Positions 36,746 through 50,232 of a stretch of 64,000 bases of DNA are shown one piece after another (the stretch's first letter is position 1; the number at the start of each line of letters is the position of its first letter). The stretch is from Callorhinchus milii. Lineage: Eukaryota. Made by a program: the position numbers and the translations under genes. The stretch is from the NCBI RefSeq assembly GCF_018977255.1, contig NW_024704742.1, forward strand, positions 6,450,001 through 6,514,000, given 5' to 3'. Under the pieces are notes generated by a model. It was not told the DNA's origin. It ran no database searches and saw nothing but the letters and a program-made list of their open reading frames with translations.

Positions 36746-37518
36746 ATATTATATAAGTTATGATGGGAGTGTCAGGGTTAAAATAAGTATTGACATCCTC
36801 TTCAAATCAGCACAAGCTAAAACAATTGTTTATCTAATAACTTGGTCTTTTCAGTTGGATCCCTTTCAAAGATGTCGCTCCAGTCTGAGTTACTGAGTCC
36901 AATGCAATTTATAACTAACAAGAAATGAACTTGCTGACTTCACCGAAGCCCTTTTCAATTCATATGTAAATGTATACGTCTCATTGCACTTATGATACGC
37001 CAGCAGATTATGTTTATCCAATGCACCGAACACAGAATCTACATTGTGCTGACAGAAACAAAGAAATATTATGGAAATCTTAAATGGGATATCAAATTTA
37101 AAACAGATGAAAAATAAAGTTTCATAATCTTTAGAGAGAATGCCAAAAGTAACTGCTCCTTTTATTTTTAATACACATTCAGAAATTCAGAGCGAAAGCT
37201 AATGGAATGAAAAAGGTTTGCACTCAGTGTGGCTTCTAATATTACCAGATATAAGTGAGCAGGATATTAATGAACTGTTTTCATTGTGGTATGATTCTGA
37301 AGAGGAAATTGATTAGAGTAAATGATGATCTCAGCAATTTTGGTGTATTCACAAACCAAAACACTAATAGTAATTTTCTTCAATAAAGAATCTTGAAAAT
37401 GAAAGTACAAATTCCTCTGTCATTTCAAACAAGTTCATATCTAAAGTGTATAATTGGTACTTTCATGTCTTTCAGAAATTGCTCTTAAGCGTCCACTGTA
37501 TAGCAGAATATGGAGATA

Positions 37519-37874
37519 TAATAATAATCCTTGCATTTGATACAGCACCTTATCACCTCTTCGAGATATTTCAAAGTACTTCACCGAATATACTGTAAAG
37601 TGAATTGACTGCATATTTTGTGTGTGAAATACAACAGCAGTGTCCCACAACAGTTGTGGATTGAGTGACCAAATAATTGTTTTTTTTAAAGGAATTATTA
37701 CCCTTGGAAAAGCGATCCGCCAGTCGACTAACAACCGGGTTCCTACTTTCTGCTCGGTAAGCAGAGGCACGTGGAGTAAGGAACTTTGCCCAAGATTTCG
37801 CCATGCCAGGAGTTCGAACCCAGGTCTCTCGCTCGCGAGACGAGTGCTCTAATCACTGACCTACGGGACTCCAT
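37519..37874 (-). mobile_element. Young SINE, long subfamily, full length
   Basis: Complete element on minus. Confidence 0.92.
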
Positions 37875-38291
37875 AAGTGTTAATATCTCCAAGACTATGG
37901 AATAATAGTTATTAATTTAAGATGTTGTTCTAGTATTATTTATTATTGGTCATTTTTCTAGGAATGAATCCTAAATGTTCCATTTACTAACATTATGGCC
38001 TGTTGAATAAAACAGTTTCTAAAGAATGCTGTGTTTGTTGTCTTTACTTCCATTTTGCACCCAGAGACTTTAAAGGATTACATTTGCTCTGCAGTTGCCC
38101 TGTGCAAGATAATAATAATAATAATACTTGCATTTGTAATAGCAGGTGGGACTCAAGGTTAAGCTAATAAATAAATAAATATAAATCACTCATGCTTGGA
38201 ACTCCTTGACAGATCAGGTGTTCAACGTGCCGCCTGATTTGATGTCGAGTAATGTAGATGAGAAATGTGCCAATGCTCAATCCATAATCCC

Positions 38292-38412
38292 TTTCGCCCA
38301 CAAAATGTTTTCACCCACAAAATATACCGTCCATTCACTTTACAGTATATTCCGCGAAGCGCTTTGAGACATCCCGAAGACGTGATAAAGCGCGGTATCA
38401 AATGCAAGGATT
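38292..38412 (+). mobile_element. Young SINE 3' fragment
   Basis: TTTCGCCCACAAAA duplicated, then the standard tail. Confidence 0.85.
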
Positions 38413-38427
38413 TCTTTCCATAATAAT

Positions 38428-38665
38428 CTGTGCTCAGTTACCTGAACTCCACTGGGGGAAGGGGAGGGTCTGTTCCAATTGGTCTTGGGGAAAATTTGTT
38501 AAGAGTTTCCTCCACTGATCACTGCCCAGTTTCCCTTGCTGGAAAGTGGTGAGTGAGTGAACTCCTGGTAAGAACTGTCATCCTTCCAGTGGTCAAATGG
38601 CTTGCAGACATTAACACAGAAAAGATTGTCGCCTTGGGCAAGGTACTCAATCAGGCTAATGGCCT
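38428..38665 (+). mobile_element. Family Y copy
   Basis: CTGTGCTCAGTTA..GCTGGAAAGTG..GGTCAAATGGCTTGCAGACA..CTTGGGCAAGGTAC. Confidence 0.5.
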
Positions 38666-40154
38666 TACAACCATAACTCAACGGGTGTCAGAATGTTCAG
38701 GAGCAGACAAAGGATGAGAAGAGAATGGAAACTGAAGAAACCACTCGATCTTTGCTCCAGCCACGATGATTTGGACGCGTTCAACAAGTGACTAACTTGG
38801 AATTCAGCGAGAAGCAACGAGGGTCATTATCAACAACGCTGAGCTGATTTGTGGCCAGGGAGTCCCACAACCTTCAGTGCATCTACAAGTCCAAAACAAG
38901 TGAAAGGCTCGCTCTCCCATGAGGCCTGGGATCGACCGCAGATTTACACGCTACAATGTACACAGACTCCTTTTATTCCATTGCTTCCATTGATGCAACG
39001 TGGCAAATGTATTAGGATGTAATGGTTGATTGGAAATGAAGAAAAGTGGGTGTGTGATGCCAGAGTCGGAATGAGCGAAGAATCTAAACTATTATTTGGA
39101 AGATAATCGGTGAAAGAGACATTTTAACGGATCCACAGTCTGCCAACAACACGTCTGCCTGTGGACTCTTTACAACCGAGAGAATGTTAGTTTTTGAGAA
39201 AAACAGACTGCCAAAAACTTGGTCTCTCCAGCCTAAGAGCTGTGTGTGAAGTTCTCAGTTGCCTTTCTTCTCCATTACCTCTATGAATGCAGTTCAGATC
39301 TTCAACACAATTGTGAGGATTTAACAAAATGGAGACAAAGGGACTTTTTGTCCAGTTTGCAGCCTCATTAGTTTTGAATGGAGGAATAGAATAAAAAAAA
39401 TAGGAGCAAGCCCGCTAACTCCTATCCATCTCTGTCAATCAATGTGATGCTAAAACAACACGCTATTTTAATGAGCTATACATGCAATCAGATATTAATT
39501 TGCAATTCAAATGACCTTCATTTGACTCCTGAAAGAAGCTTGCTTTTCATCACTCGTCTGTGAGTTGATATGAGCTCAAGCAGTCTTCTGGATTCTTACC
39601 GAGTAAGTGTCTAACCAAATGCTTTTGTCAACTACCTTTTTTGGTACTTATATTTGTGGCAGTTAATGAACCCATTAGACCTACACTGAAACATAAAGGA
39701 TAAAGCAGGCGGGAAGATATGAGGACTAAATATGAAGTGAAGGGGATTGAGGGAGAGAGTAAGTAGAGAAAGGACTTTCTTCCTTGTATATTTCATGTGC
39801 AATGATTTGACGCAGATGCATTAAGGTATCAGCATACTATGTGAACAACCCTTTATTGCTGTCTGTGGTATAGCAAAATGGGGTTTGAAAGAATGGAAGT
39901 TTCCCAGCCTCTGCTTTAGGCATTACGATGCGGTGAGTGACTTTCTCTGATTTTCATTTGACATCCATAGACTCCATCAATGGAGTTACAGACGCCTTTT
40001 GTCTCTGCAGGGAATTATTTTGTCACTAAATAATTCAGTATCTCTGTCACGTGGCACATTTCCTTTAGTGCAAGAAATCTATTAGTAGCTTTTACTCTCG
40101 TCTGTTTTACTACACATCAGAGTCCTTCCAGTCCCAGAGGCAAATACGTGGAAT

Positions 40155-40345
40155 GTCATAGAATGATAGAAATTACAGCATAGAAGGAAGCTATTCCATC
40201 CATCAAGCCTGTTCTGATGCCAGCTCCTCTTCTGGAGAAGCCTTCTCTATTCCCAATTCCCTGTCCGTTCCCCATTCCATTTTAGATTATTCCTCTTCAT
40301 ATGTTTATCTAATTCCCTTTACAATGTTATTGTGGTCTCAGCTAT
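40155..40345 (-). mobile_element. CR1 3' remnant
   Basis: CATAGAATGATAGAAATTACAGCATAGAAGGAAGCTATTC = reverse complement of a CR1 terminus. Confidence 0.7.
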
Positions 40346-40939
40346 TCTGTTATGGACAGGTTTCCTAGGTTGGCTCAGCCTTTTCAACCTTTTCAAAGCC
40401 TTTGAGATTTGAGATTCCCACAGTGAAACGTGGAGCACTGCATCAAAAACATGCCTAAATTTTGGTAGCTGCAAGGATTTAGATTTAAAGTTTCAAATGT
40501 TATGACATATTGTTGTATTTGGCAAATCAAGGAGAAGACACTAAATTATTTTGGACCATTATAGGTAACAAGCATTAGTGCTTCTGGTTCTCGTTGCACT
40601 CACTAGTTTGCATTCCAGAATTAAGTAACTCAGAGACATTGAGTCCAGGCTTAAGATGTCCCATATGTTTTCAACTGCCTTTGGTGTTTATTGAATCCAA
40701 TTTTGAGAGAACGTACTGAAAAGATCAAAAGATGAAATCTCAAGTTAAATGTGATTTGGAAAACAGAACACTCTTCCCGATGATAGCTTTAAGGCTTTAT
40801 CATAACAATAATGCTGATGATAAAGTACTGTAGTTAGCTCATTCTTGGACAGCGAAGAACATTTTTTTGTACTGTGTGCATGGATCAAATATCAATGATC
40901 TATCTGCGGTGGAGTAGTTCTGAATCTAGTACATGTTTG

Positions 40940-41318
40940 AGTGTCAGCCTGGTTCAGTGCAAGCATTCTCACCTCTGGGTCAGAAGGTTGTGTGTTCAAG
41001 TGTTACATTGTCAGAGGTGTTGTCCTTTGGATGAGATGTTAAACCAAGGTCTTGTCTGCTCACTCAGTTAGATATTGAAGATTTATGGCACTATTCAAAA
41101 GAGAAAGGAGTTTCTTCTGGTGTCCTGGCCAACAATCCTCTCCCCATCCCAAGTAAAATTGGTCATTCACTTCAAGGCTGTTTGTGGGACATTGCTGTCT
41201 GCAAATTGAATGTGACATTCACCTAAAAATACACACGCACTACTGTAAAATCCTGTGAGGTAGTGTGAAGGCGACTTGATGTAAAAAGGCACTGCATCAA
41301 AGATTATTATAATTATAT
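40940..41318 (+). mobile_element. Old DeuSINE
   Basis: GTGTCAGCC..TCAGAAGGTTGTG head; GATGAGATGTTAAACCAAGG Deu domain; tail. Confidence 0.82.
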
Positions 41319-41655
41319 TTCTCAAGCTGTGTGACATGTCACAGATAATGCATGTTAAGCCATCATCCAACAATCATTAGGCTTAAATATTAAAGATTGC
41401 AACAGCTCTCTGGTCAATGCCAAAGGTTCACTCCACAATGATGCAAAGAATTTAGCGACTGTATTAAGACTCACTGAGCATTATGTCTATTATAGTGATT
41501 TCACCACATACACACGGAGCCTTCTCAATTGCACATCTATTTTCCAAATGTCTGTGAGACGTACTCCCAGCACGAAAAACACTATATAAATGTAAATTGT
41601 ATTGTATCACAGTACCCAGTGTTAGGCAAATCTTTCAATTTTACTAACTTAACTC

Positions 41656-41982
41656 TGTGGAGTCCTGTAGCTTAGTGATTAGAGCACTCAAGAGGACCTG
41701 GCAGGGAGAAATGTTGGGCAAGTTTCCTTACTCCACATGCCTCGGTTTTCCCAGCAGTAAGTAGGAACCCAGCTGTTAGTCGACAACCAGATCGCTTTTC
41801 TCGGGGTATTAAAAATAATTCGGTCACTCAATCCGCGACTGTTTGTGGGGACACTGCTGTGCGCAATTGGCTGCCGCGTTTCGCCCACAAAATGCACAGT
41901 CGATCCACTTTACAGTATATCCTGTGAAGCGCTTTGAGATGTCTCGACGACATGATAAGGCACTATATCAAATGCAGGGATT
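41656..41982 (+). mobile_element. Young SINE, long subfamily, deletion in head
   Basis: TGTGGAGTCCTGTAGC start, central insert, tail. Confidence 0.9.
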
Positions 41983-42844
41983 CTTTTTGTTCTTATAAAG
42001 CTAAAGCTATGGGGTAGGAAGGGGATGGCACGCTGAGGTTTTGCCAAGGGTGGCAGATTGTTTCGAGCGGCTTCCAAGAACATACAGACATAGAAACTGC
42101 AAATGATCACCAAGTGCAGTCAGCAATGTTAATTCTACACCACAGGGATCCCATGGAGTACAATGACAGTGAACTGCTTGACAGAGGCCCATTTCTGGCA
42201 CTAAAATCTGAATGATAAACGTACGTAAGATTACACGCATTATTAAAAGCAGATACAAGGCAAGATATCTCATTCCTAAATTCAAGACAGTGTCGACACA
42301 TAGCGTTTTGCCCAGAAGCTCTCGCTTAGTTTACTGCTTTGTAATTACTTCTAACTTTCTGTTATTCTCCATGTAAAATGGTATAAAGTCCCAGAAGAGT
42401 TAGTAAACAATGCTCTTCGAATTTTAAATTCAAATTTAATTTCACCTGATACTAATTAGCATGACACACGATAAGACTAGACAATAGGACATTTTTCTAA
42501 TTTTGCTTTCAGTGTCAGCATCAAACAGTCCCCTGGTATAACACGGGTAAAAAGGAGTTCAGAGCTCTTTGTGCACAGTTCTGAATAATGTCCGCTGACC
42601 CCTATCACAAGAGAACCTTGGTTTAATGTACAAAGTCACTTTCTGCACCCTAGTAACTTTCTGCATACGATTCCATAAATGAGGAGTTCCTGAATAGAGA
42701 TCAAACACTATATATTTACACAAGGATAGAAAAAAAATGACATCGTTGCACATCTTGCAACAATTGTAGATGAATTATGAACCATAGACAGTGATCGGGA
42801 GAAATTTTGAAAATAATGAATTACAAAGTTCAATCTGTATTAAT

Positions 42845-43040
42845 CTCATTCCCCTCATCACTCCCTCCCTACGCTTTTACCAGGATAGTCTCAAAATGTA
42901 CCTCTTTGACCCCGTTTTCGGGCACTTTTCCCTCCCACCCTCTTTAGCTCCCCCCACACAGTTTGGACGCATCCAACAGTGCTAAGTACTTTGAAACCTC
43001 CTTCCGATGTGCAAGGTGCTCTATAAAGTCAATTGTATTT
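42845..43040 (+). mobile_element. Old L2 3' remnant
   Basis: CTCAAAATGTACCTCTTTGACC..GTGCAAGGTGCTCTATAAA. Confidence 0.55.
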
Positions 43041-43799
43041 TTTTTTAAAATAGCATCCAGTTTGCCGCAAAATAAAGCCAAATCTTTGAACACCATTGTA
43101 TCCTAGGAAGAATATCCATAAATGTATTCATTTCTTTTCGATTTAATTTTTTTTCAAACTTCTGAGATGCTTTTAGACTCATAGTGTCCACATAGTTGTA
43201 CCTGGATATGGTTTGGTAATAGTCTTGATGAAACATCCACTTTGGGGTTAGGTTATTTATAGAACGACATTCTAGCACAATTTTAAGGAATATTGATCTC
43301 TTGCTTTCTTGTACCAATCTCTCATATTTTTACAGTGAAATATTTCACATTCTTGAAATCTCTGCAAATACTACAGCAGACAGTGTTTCCATCCTCCCAT
43401 CAGCTTCACTCACTTTACTCTGGTGCCTTGTGATGCCTGTCAAAGTATAAGCAACCACTGTTGGCTGCCCGATTTGAATGTCCTGTCTACTCCCGATTTC
43501 CGAGCTACTTTCTGAAATCTCTCGTGGAAAAATAAAAGTGTTATATTTATTAAATTCACAGACTGGGGGCAATTGACAATGTTTCTGCTTCTCTTTTTCC
43601 AGCTGTTACTATTACTTTTAATCTTTGAGTCTGCAAATCGATTCCTGGTCAATTTTTTCTAGTAATCATATATTTTTCAGTGACCAACACTGAAAATCAG
43701 TTCATAAGTCAGTGCTAGATAAGGTGTTCAACCCAGACGATAGCACTTCTGTACTTTGTAATTTGCAAACCTTTTACAAAGGTTAGTGACTGTGTACTT

Positions 43800-43965
43800 T
43801 TAGGCAAACACAGCATTCAATTTGTACACAGCAATGTCCCACAAACAGCCATGAAATGAATGACACATTTTATTGAGTGGATTGTTGGCCTGCACATCAA
43901 GAAAAACTTCCCTCTCTTTTTGATAGAACCATGGGATCTTTAATGTCTTCCTGATCAGGCAGACA
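43800..43965 (-). mobile_element. Old DeuSINE fragment
   Basis: CAGCAATGTCCCACAAACAGCC..CCATGGGATCTTTAATGTC..CAGGCAGAC. Confidence 0.75.
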
Positions 43966-45022
43966 AAGGATATTGAAAGCAGTCTAAAGTCTTTTGTTAT
44001 AGTTCTTTAAATAACTTAAAAGAAAACCGGTTCCAAAATAAATATATGTAATAATTTGCCAAATTTTGGCTGCTCTGAAATGCTAAGAAAATAGAGTTAG
44101 ACCCAGGTAGAATTTCTACCTTAGGGCTTGACGCTAGGCTGGAGTGTTTGGAATGTCACTACAAAGTACCATGGCAAGTTGGATATCCATGGCTTCTAAT
44201 CTCAGCTCTGCTGATGTGAAAAGACCCTTCTCACGGGCGAGGGGAACAGGGAAAAATCAGAAGATAGACAGCCTGCTTCCATAGATCTCCTAGACAGTCC
44301 AGATTATAAGATCAAAGTCCTGATATGGAATAATCCAAAAATACCTGTGGACTGTCTTTACTGTTACAGATTCTAAGACTGCAAAACCCACCATTACTTT
44401 CCAGCCCTGGATTTGTTGATACATTAGCCTCTTAATTTCGCATATTATGTACATTTTAATATTTCTTTGTCATTAAGGTTGCACATGTACATCACTAATA
44501 TTGTAATATACTCTGTTTTATGTGCACATACTACACACAAATGCAGGCACACACACTTCAACAGAATCAATGCCAACTCTTGACAAAAATAGATCCCGAG
44601 ATCCATTTTGCAATGCCAGCGGCCCTAAGTTTCAAAAGCACAACATTCAGTCAAAATAATATTGAAAAGAATAGACAAAGAAGTCTAGGTCCGTATAGTC
44701 CCGCATGCTCAACAATGATCATGTATAAAGATTTAATGTAGAAACACAGTGCAGTCTAACTATGCAGTAGTTCTTAACAAAATTCCTTAACGACTTCAGG
44801 TCACGCAAATTAGGGACTCCTTCCAGGGTGAAATACCCATACGTTGATGGAAATTCTAAAGGGATTCCTTGTTAAGAAGCACTACGTATTAGACAGCACT
44901 GCAAATTAACCATATCGACTATGACAGGATGTGTGAATCAAAAATTAAAGCTAACGAAAACTTGATTTATTTTAACACTGTACGGCAAAGAATTATCCAA
45001 GAAGTACGAAAAAGTCAAAGAT

Positions 45023-45130
45023 CATCATAGAATCATACAGCACAGAAGGACGCCATTCGATCCATCGTGTCGGTGCTCTTTGAAAAGAGCTACCCAAATC
45101 AATCCCACTGCCCAACTCTCTCCCCATTGC
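45023..45130 (-). mobile_element. CR1 3' end
   Basis: CATAGAATCATACAGCACAGAAGGACGCCATTCGATCCATCG. Confidence 0.75.
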
Positions 45131-47371
45131 CCTGAAAACTTGATGTGGAAATGTGACTTTAAATCATCTAAACCTTGCATAACTGTCAAATCTGACATGT
45201 TCATACATCACAACAGACACATTCCTAACCATAAGTACACGGGCTATATCAGTGGACTAACTGTAGTGTTCCTCTATGACATCTGGTATAACTATAAGGC
45301 ATGTGCCCCAGTTATTTCATATTACTTTGTTAAAGCTAATGCTTTTCAAATGTTGCCCATCCTTTGTTATCTATTGTAAAAATAAAGACTAAAGTATATA
45401 AAAAGAGGTAAAGAGGGTCAGACTTTGTGAGTGCTGTACTGGTTTACTTACGTCATCTAGTCCAAAGTCGTCTTTGGCCAGAGATAACACAGTCAAATTG
45501 AACGCTTTTCCTCCCACTCCTCTCTCTCTGTCTCTCTCTTCTCTCCCTGAACTCTTTATCTAACAAGGTTCCTTAGTTCTAACCTCAGAGGAATATGCAA
45601 TTTCCTTATACTAGCCATCCTGTGAGTTACGTGTGTAAAACAATCGGGGGCAATCTTGTGCTGTGAAATATCAACTCAGAAGTGGGATGAGACGACTCAA
45701 AAGATTCTTAGAGTTAACAGAACGAGGGCTTTGCCCCATCAATCTATGGTTGGATTCTTGCAGCTCAATGCGGTGCTGCATTGTTGGGAGTTTCCTTCCT
45801 TTGGGTGAGATGTTAAACTGAACCCCCTCCTGCCTGTCAGCAAGAAAAGGGAGTTTCAGCAGTCTTTGCCTCAGAGAGAACACAGTCAGATGCGCTATGG
45901 CTCTAATACTAGGAAGAAATTTGGAGGTGAAACAATGCAACGTCTCGTAACAACTTGCTAATTAACAAATCGGCACTGCCTTATTAAATCTGCTCTGAAA
46001 CTTTGCATTTTTCTGATCCGTTCCCAAAAGAGCGGTCGCTGGTATTAACCTCTCTCCTGCCTGACTTCAGCACAACGGTAAGCACTACACATCCTGGATT
46101 CCTGTTTAGCTGTTGCCAGCGTTCGACTCGTTAATACCGATCAAGTTAGGGCGGGATCTTACGCAGCTTCACTCGAATGCAATAATGGGAAACAGCATTG
46201 GTGGCTATTGAAATCTCCATGATTTTTGCTGATGTGAGGGAAGGAGGTGGGCTGGGGGACGAAAATCAGTTGTGGCTAGTCGTTAGGAATAAATGGAAAA
46301 CTGCAATATTTCATATGGAAATAGCACAGTTCACAATTATTGGAGCAGTCCTGAAACATCTCTGTTATTTGCTTCATATTGCAGCCAAGGCTTTACAAGT
46401 AGCAATGTTTCTGAACAGGAGCAACTTGCCTCAGCGAAGAAAATGCTTACGACATATTGTAGCACTTTAAATACTTCGCTGCCTGCGAAATTGTTCCTTG
46501 GAAATTAACGTTCTTCCTGATTCCATCCCGATGAACTGGCACGGACTGCATTTTTAGACCTCCGAGGTATCAAACGATTAGATGGCTGGAGACCCATAAC
46601 TTCAATGCCACAAATTCACTGTGTGAACCTAAGTGCAAGCATTCAAGAACATGAAACAGGCGCCTAATACAGCGTTTAGTGTTAAAATCAAACATGACCT
46701 TGGCCTAGCTGTTGCTGGTGCTCAGACTTCCTGTAGTGAGGGCTCCAGATTGAATTGATGGCTGCTGGCTGCTTCCTGCTATTCAGAGATAGTTTCGCCT
46801 GATCTGAAGACAATGGATCACCGAGTTGACCAGAACATGAGGACACAAGCATTGTCACTATACATCTTTCATCACGTTGATATACTTAAACAGATTCCAA
46901 GATAAAACAGTGAAAAAACACAAGCAGAATCATACATAAAGGCTTAACATGTTGGGAAACTCCAATACAGGTTGCCTCACTGTTATGCAACGCTGAAATA
47001 TAATGTTTTGTGGAAACTTAGTGCTTAGCATTCGGTAGATGGAGGAAATACTTTGTAGCAGTACATACTCCTCCCCACCTACACCCCTTTTTCCTTTTAA
47101 AGCAAGGTCAGCTTTTGTTTTCAAATACCCCAAGCTTGAGTTCAAGTTAGATAAACAATGCGAGGAAAAGATAAGCCCGGTTCAAACTAACTTTTTTTTT
47201 AAAAACATTGAAAAAAAAAGACGCAGAAGGATGTGGGCAGGCTCCTGTAACTGAGAAATGACCTAGTTAATGAGTCACACGAAAACAATTTAAGCGGGTG
47301 GCATTTCAAAGAACATTCCTGCCCGTCTTGAAGCAAAAAAAGCTTTGCGCTGTGAAGACCAGTTGAGAAGT

Positions 47372-47399
47372 AGCTGTGGTTACCCAGTAGATGGCAGCA
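47372..47399 (+). promoter_or_regulatory. Candidate CTCF site (core plus possible upstream module)
   Basis: CCAGTAGATGGCAGCA (47384-47399) fits CCASYAGRKGGCRS; AGCTGT lies 6 bp upstream. Confidence 0.55.
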
Positions 47400-48443
47400 A
47401 CATGTCGAGCTGTTTGAGTCCCACAGTGCTGATGAAATCTTTCTCGTCAGCATGTTGTGCTGATACGGGGAACCTATGCATCCGGCATACCAAGTCTCCA
47501 GGAACGCTTAGACTTTCAGACTAAGCAGTCGTTTTCCTCCTCCCGGCCTACTGTGTAAATGTCTATACAATTCATATAAAATGCTAATGCGCCCTATAAT
47601 GTTCCTGTGTCACGTTTCCATGTCCATATGAAAGAAACTAATCTGAAAGTACCATTGCGTTGGCCTGGAAAGCGAGCTCCTGGGTCACAGCGGGGCTTGA
47701 AGACTAGTGACCGTAATTCCTAAATCATTTTAATATTTTTGTTGTGACGCTTAGATTTCGGTGCCTGAATACCTCCCACAATACAGATTCACAAACAGTG
47801 AGTCGCAAGAGAAGAACGCATTCAAAGTTTGGGTTCTTGAACACGTATGGATTGAGAGCTGGTTGTAAGTAAGTTTCATGTCGGGCTAATCTGGAATTAC
47901 TAGATTTAGTCAACTGCTCTCTTACGATGTATTGTGCTCACTGTGGACTCCAGGAAAAACACATCCAGGTTCTGGTCGCAAGCATTTTATTCAGTGTACT
48001 TTGTGGTAAAGTTCGACTTTGTAAAATGGTAAGTAGCTTGGCATTGTAGTGTTTAAAAGGATGTTTAAATCCTGCATTTCATTGTATGCATCGGTATATT
48101 AGTGATTAGTCAGAAACTTAACAAAAGAACACAACTTTGGTTTGGATGAAGAAGCCCCTTGGGTCCTGTTGATCTCACCCTATCATTGGAACCTCACCAG
48201 TGTTGATTTGACTCCCTCACAATGTCTGTCAGTGCTACACAAAACTCCTACCTTGTCTCTCTAAATACCCTAGGATACAGTTGATCTCCCCCAGGCAATT
48301 TGTACAATTTCAGACCCTTCCACCTATCTAGAACCTAGGTTGATGCATGTTGAGTCTTGGAGCTCAAACAGTGTTTGCTGGGAGGTATATTTTGTGTTCT
48401 CCCTGGTAAAAAAAATAATCTCCATAAACTAGTCAATTAATAT

Positions 48444-48675
48444 AAACAGAAGTCTCTGGGAACACTCAACAGGTCAGGCAGCATCTGTGGAGAAAGGAAA
48501 GTGAGCCAACGTCTTTGGTCCACGAACCTTTGTCAGAATGGTTCTGAAGAAGGTTCGTGGAACCGAAAGGTTGACTCACTTTCCTTTCTCCATAGATGCT
48601 GCCTGACCTGCTGAGTGTTCCCAGAGACTTCTGTTTCTCTTTTAGATTTCCAGCATCTGCAGTATTTTGTGTTTA
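48444..48675. mobile_element. Palindromic Penelope-like terminal-repeat remnant with degenerate minimal hammerhead motifs
   Basis: ~95-bp arms 48444-48538 and 48542-48636 around a TGG loop; CTGAAGA-AGGTTC-GTG-GAACC-GAAA at 48544-48568. Confidence 0.7.
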
Positions 48676-48709
48676 GTCATTTAACATGTTTGCTATCGCC
48701 TATTCATTC

Positions 48710-49467
48710 TCTCTTTCAAACCTCATCAAGTCAGTCAGGAACCTGGGTATCTTGTTTGACCCTGAACTGTCCTTTCTTCCCCATATCCGCACCATGACCA
48801 ACCCGGCCTCCCACTACCTCCGCAACATTGCTAGACTCCACTACTGCCTCACCCCTCAGGCTGTCAAAACCCTCACCCATGCATTCGTCACATCAAGGCT
48901 CGATTACGGGAACTCCCTCTTCATCGACCTTCCCAACTCTTCCCTTCACAAGCTGCAGGTCATCCAAAACTCTGCAGCTCATGTACTCTCACGCACCAGG
49001 CTCCGTGACCCCAGCACTCCCACCCTCGTCCGACTCCGCTGGCTCCCCATCCCCCAGAGGATCGAGTTCAAGATCCTCGTCCTCACCTTTAAGGTCATCC
49101 ATGGCCTTGCCCCCTCCTACCTCTCTGACCTGCTGACTCCCTACCAACCTGCCCGCTCCCTCCATTCATCGGGCTCTGGTCTGCTCCATGTCTCCCGTCC
49201 TACCATCGGTGGCCGGACTTTCAGCCTCTCTGCCACCACACTCTGGAACTTCATGCCATGGTCCCTTCGCCTCGCTTCCTCCCTTGCCTCCTCTGGTCTC
49301 AAGACCCTTCTCTTCAACCGTGCCTTTGGTCTCCCTCCCAACTCTCTGCCTTCCCTCACCTCTACACCACCCCTCCCCCACTCTCGGGCCCCGACACCTC
49401 ACTGTTCAGCGCTTTGGGACGTCCTCTCGCCGTGAAAGGCGCTTTATAAATGTTATTTTGTTGTTGA
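48710..49467 (+). mobile_element. L2 LINE 3' fragment (~760 bp, open frame)
   Basis: VRNLGILFDPELSF..AFVTSRLDYGNSL..IQNSAAHVL..WLPIPQRIEFKIL; stem-loop tail. Confidence 0.95.
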
Positions 49468-49514
49468 TGTAGGTTTATTAGGATTTTAATATCTTCCCTG
49501 CCTATTCTCTTACT

Positions 49515-49592
49515 GTTGCAAGCGAGAGTCCTGTGTTCGATTCCTGGCAGGGTGAAACCTTGGACAAACTTCCTTACTCCACATGCCTGATA
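49515..49592 (+). mobile_element. Young SINE head fragment (short type)
   Basis: GCAAGCGAGAG..GTTCGATTCC..CCTTACTCCACATGCCTGATA. Confidence 0.75.
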
Positions 49593-49901
49593 CTGTTGTA
49601 ACATTGAATTTTTAGGTGTTATATTTTGCTGCCGTATCCCTTTCCAGTTGGCTTCTGGCTCCCCTAATCTCCCATTCTGTCTCGCATTCAACTCTCCTTT
49701 CTCCCTATAAGTTTTACATTTTTCTTTTCTTCTTAATTTCCTTTTTTATTTTCCTGTTGATGAAGTTTGGGGGTATTTTTGTTCAATTAACGTCTGCCAC
49801 ACTTGGCCATGGTGTTGTCCTCCATGCACCAAATGATGCTTTTTCAAGGATATCCATTTATCCTCAGCTAATTTGTCTTTGAATAATGGCACCCAGTTTG
49901 C

Positions 49902-50032
49902 AATAATCATAGTCCTCGCTTTCGATATAGCACTTTATCATGTCTTTCAGACGTCTCACAGCACTTCACGGAATATACTGTAAAGTAAATTGACTGTATA
50001 TTTTGTGGGCGAAACACGGCAGCAAATTGCAG
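49902..50032 (-). mobile_element. Young SINE 3' fragment
   Basis: GATATAGCACTTTATCATGTC..TGTGGGCGAAACACGGCAGC. Confidence 0.85.
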
Positions 50033-50142
50033 TCTATGTCACTTACCTGAGCCCTCAGACCCTTGACTGTTGCTCATCTAAAATTGTATACTGAAGTTTG
50101 GTTACTTGCGTGTGCTGTTTCCCAAATCAACTGCATGTTATT

Positions 50143-50211
50143 GAGCGCCTTGGGACGTCCTCCTGACGTGAAAGGCGCTTTATAAATGGAATCTTGTTGT
50201 TGTTGTTGTTG
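50143..50211 (+). mobile_element. Minimal L2 insertion (stem-loop and tail only)
   Basis: AGCGCCTTGGGACGTCCTCCTGACGTGAAAGGCGCTTTATAAATGGAATC(TTG)n, essentially identical to 32260-32330. Confidence 0.92.
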
Positions 50212-50232
50212 AGCTGCAGTCATTTGTCACTT

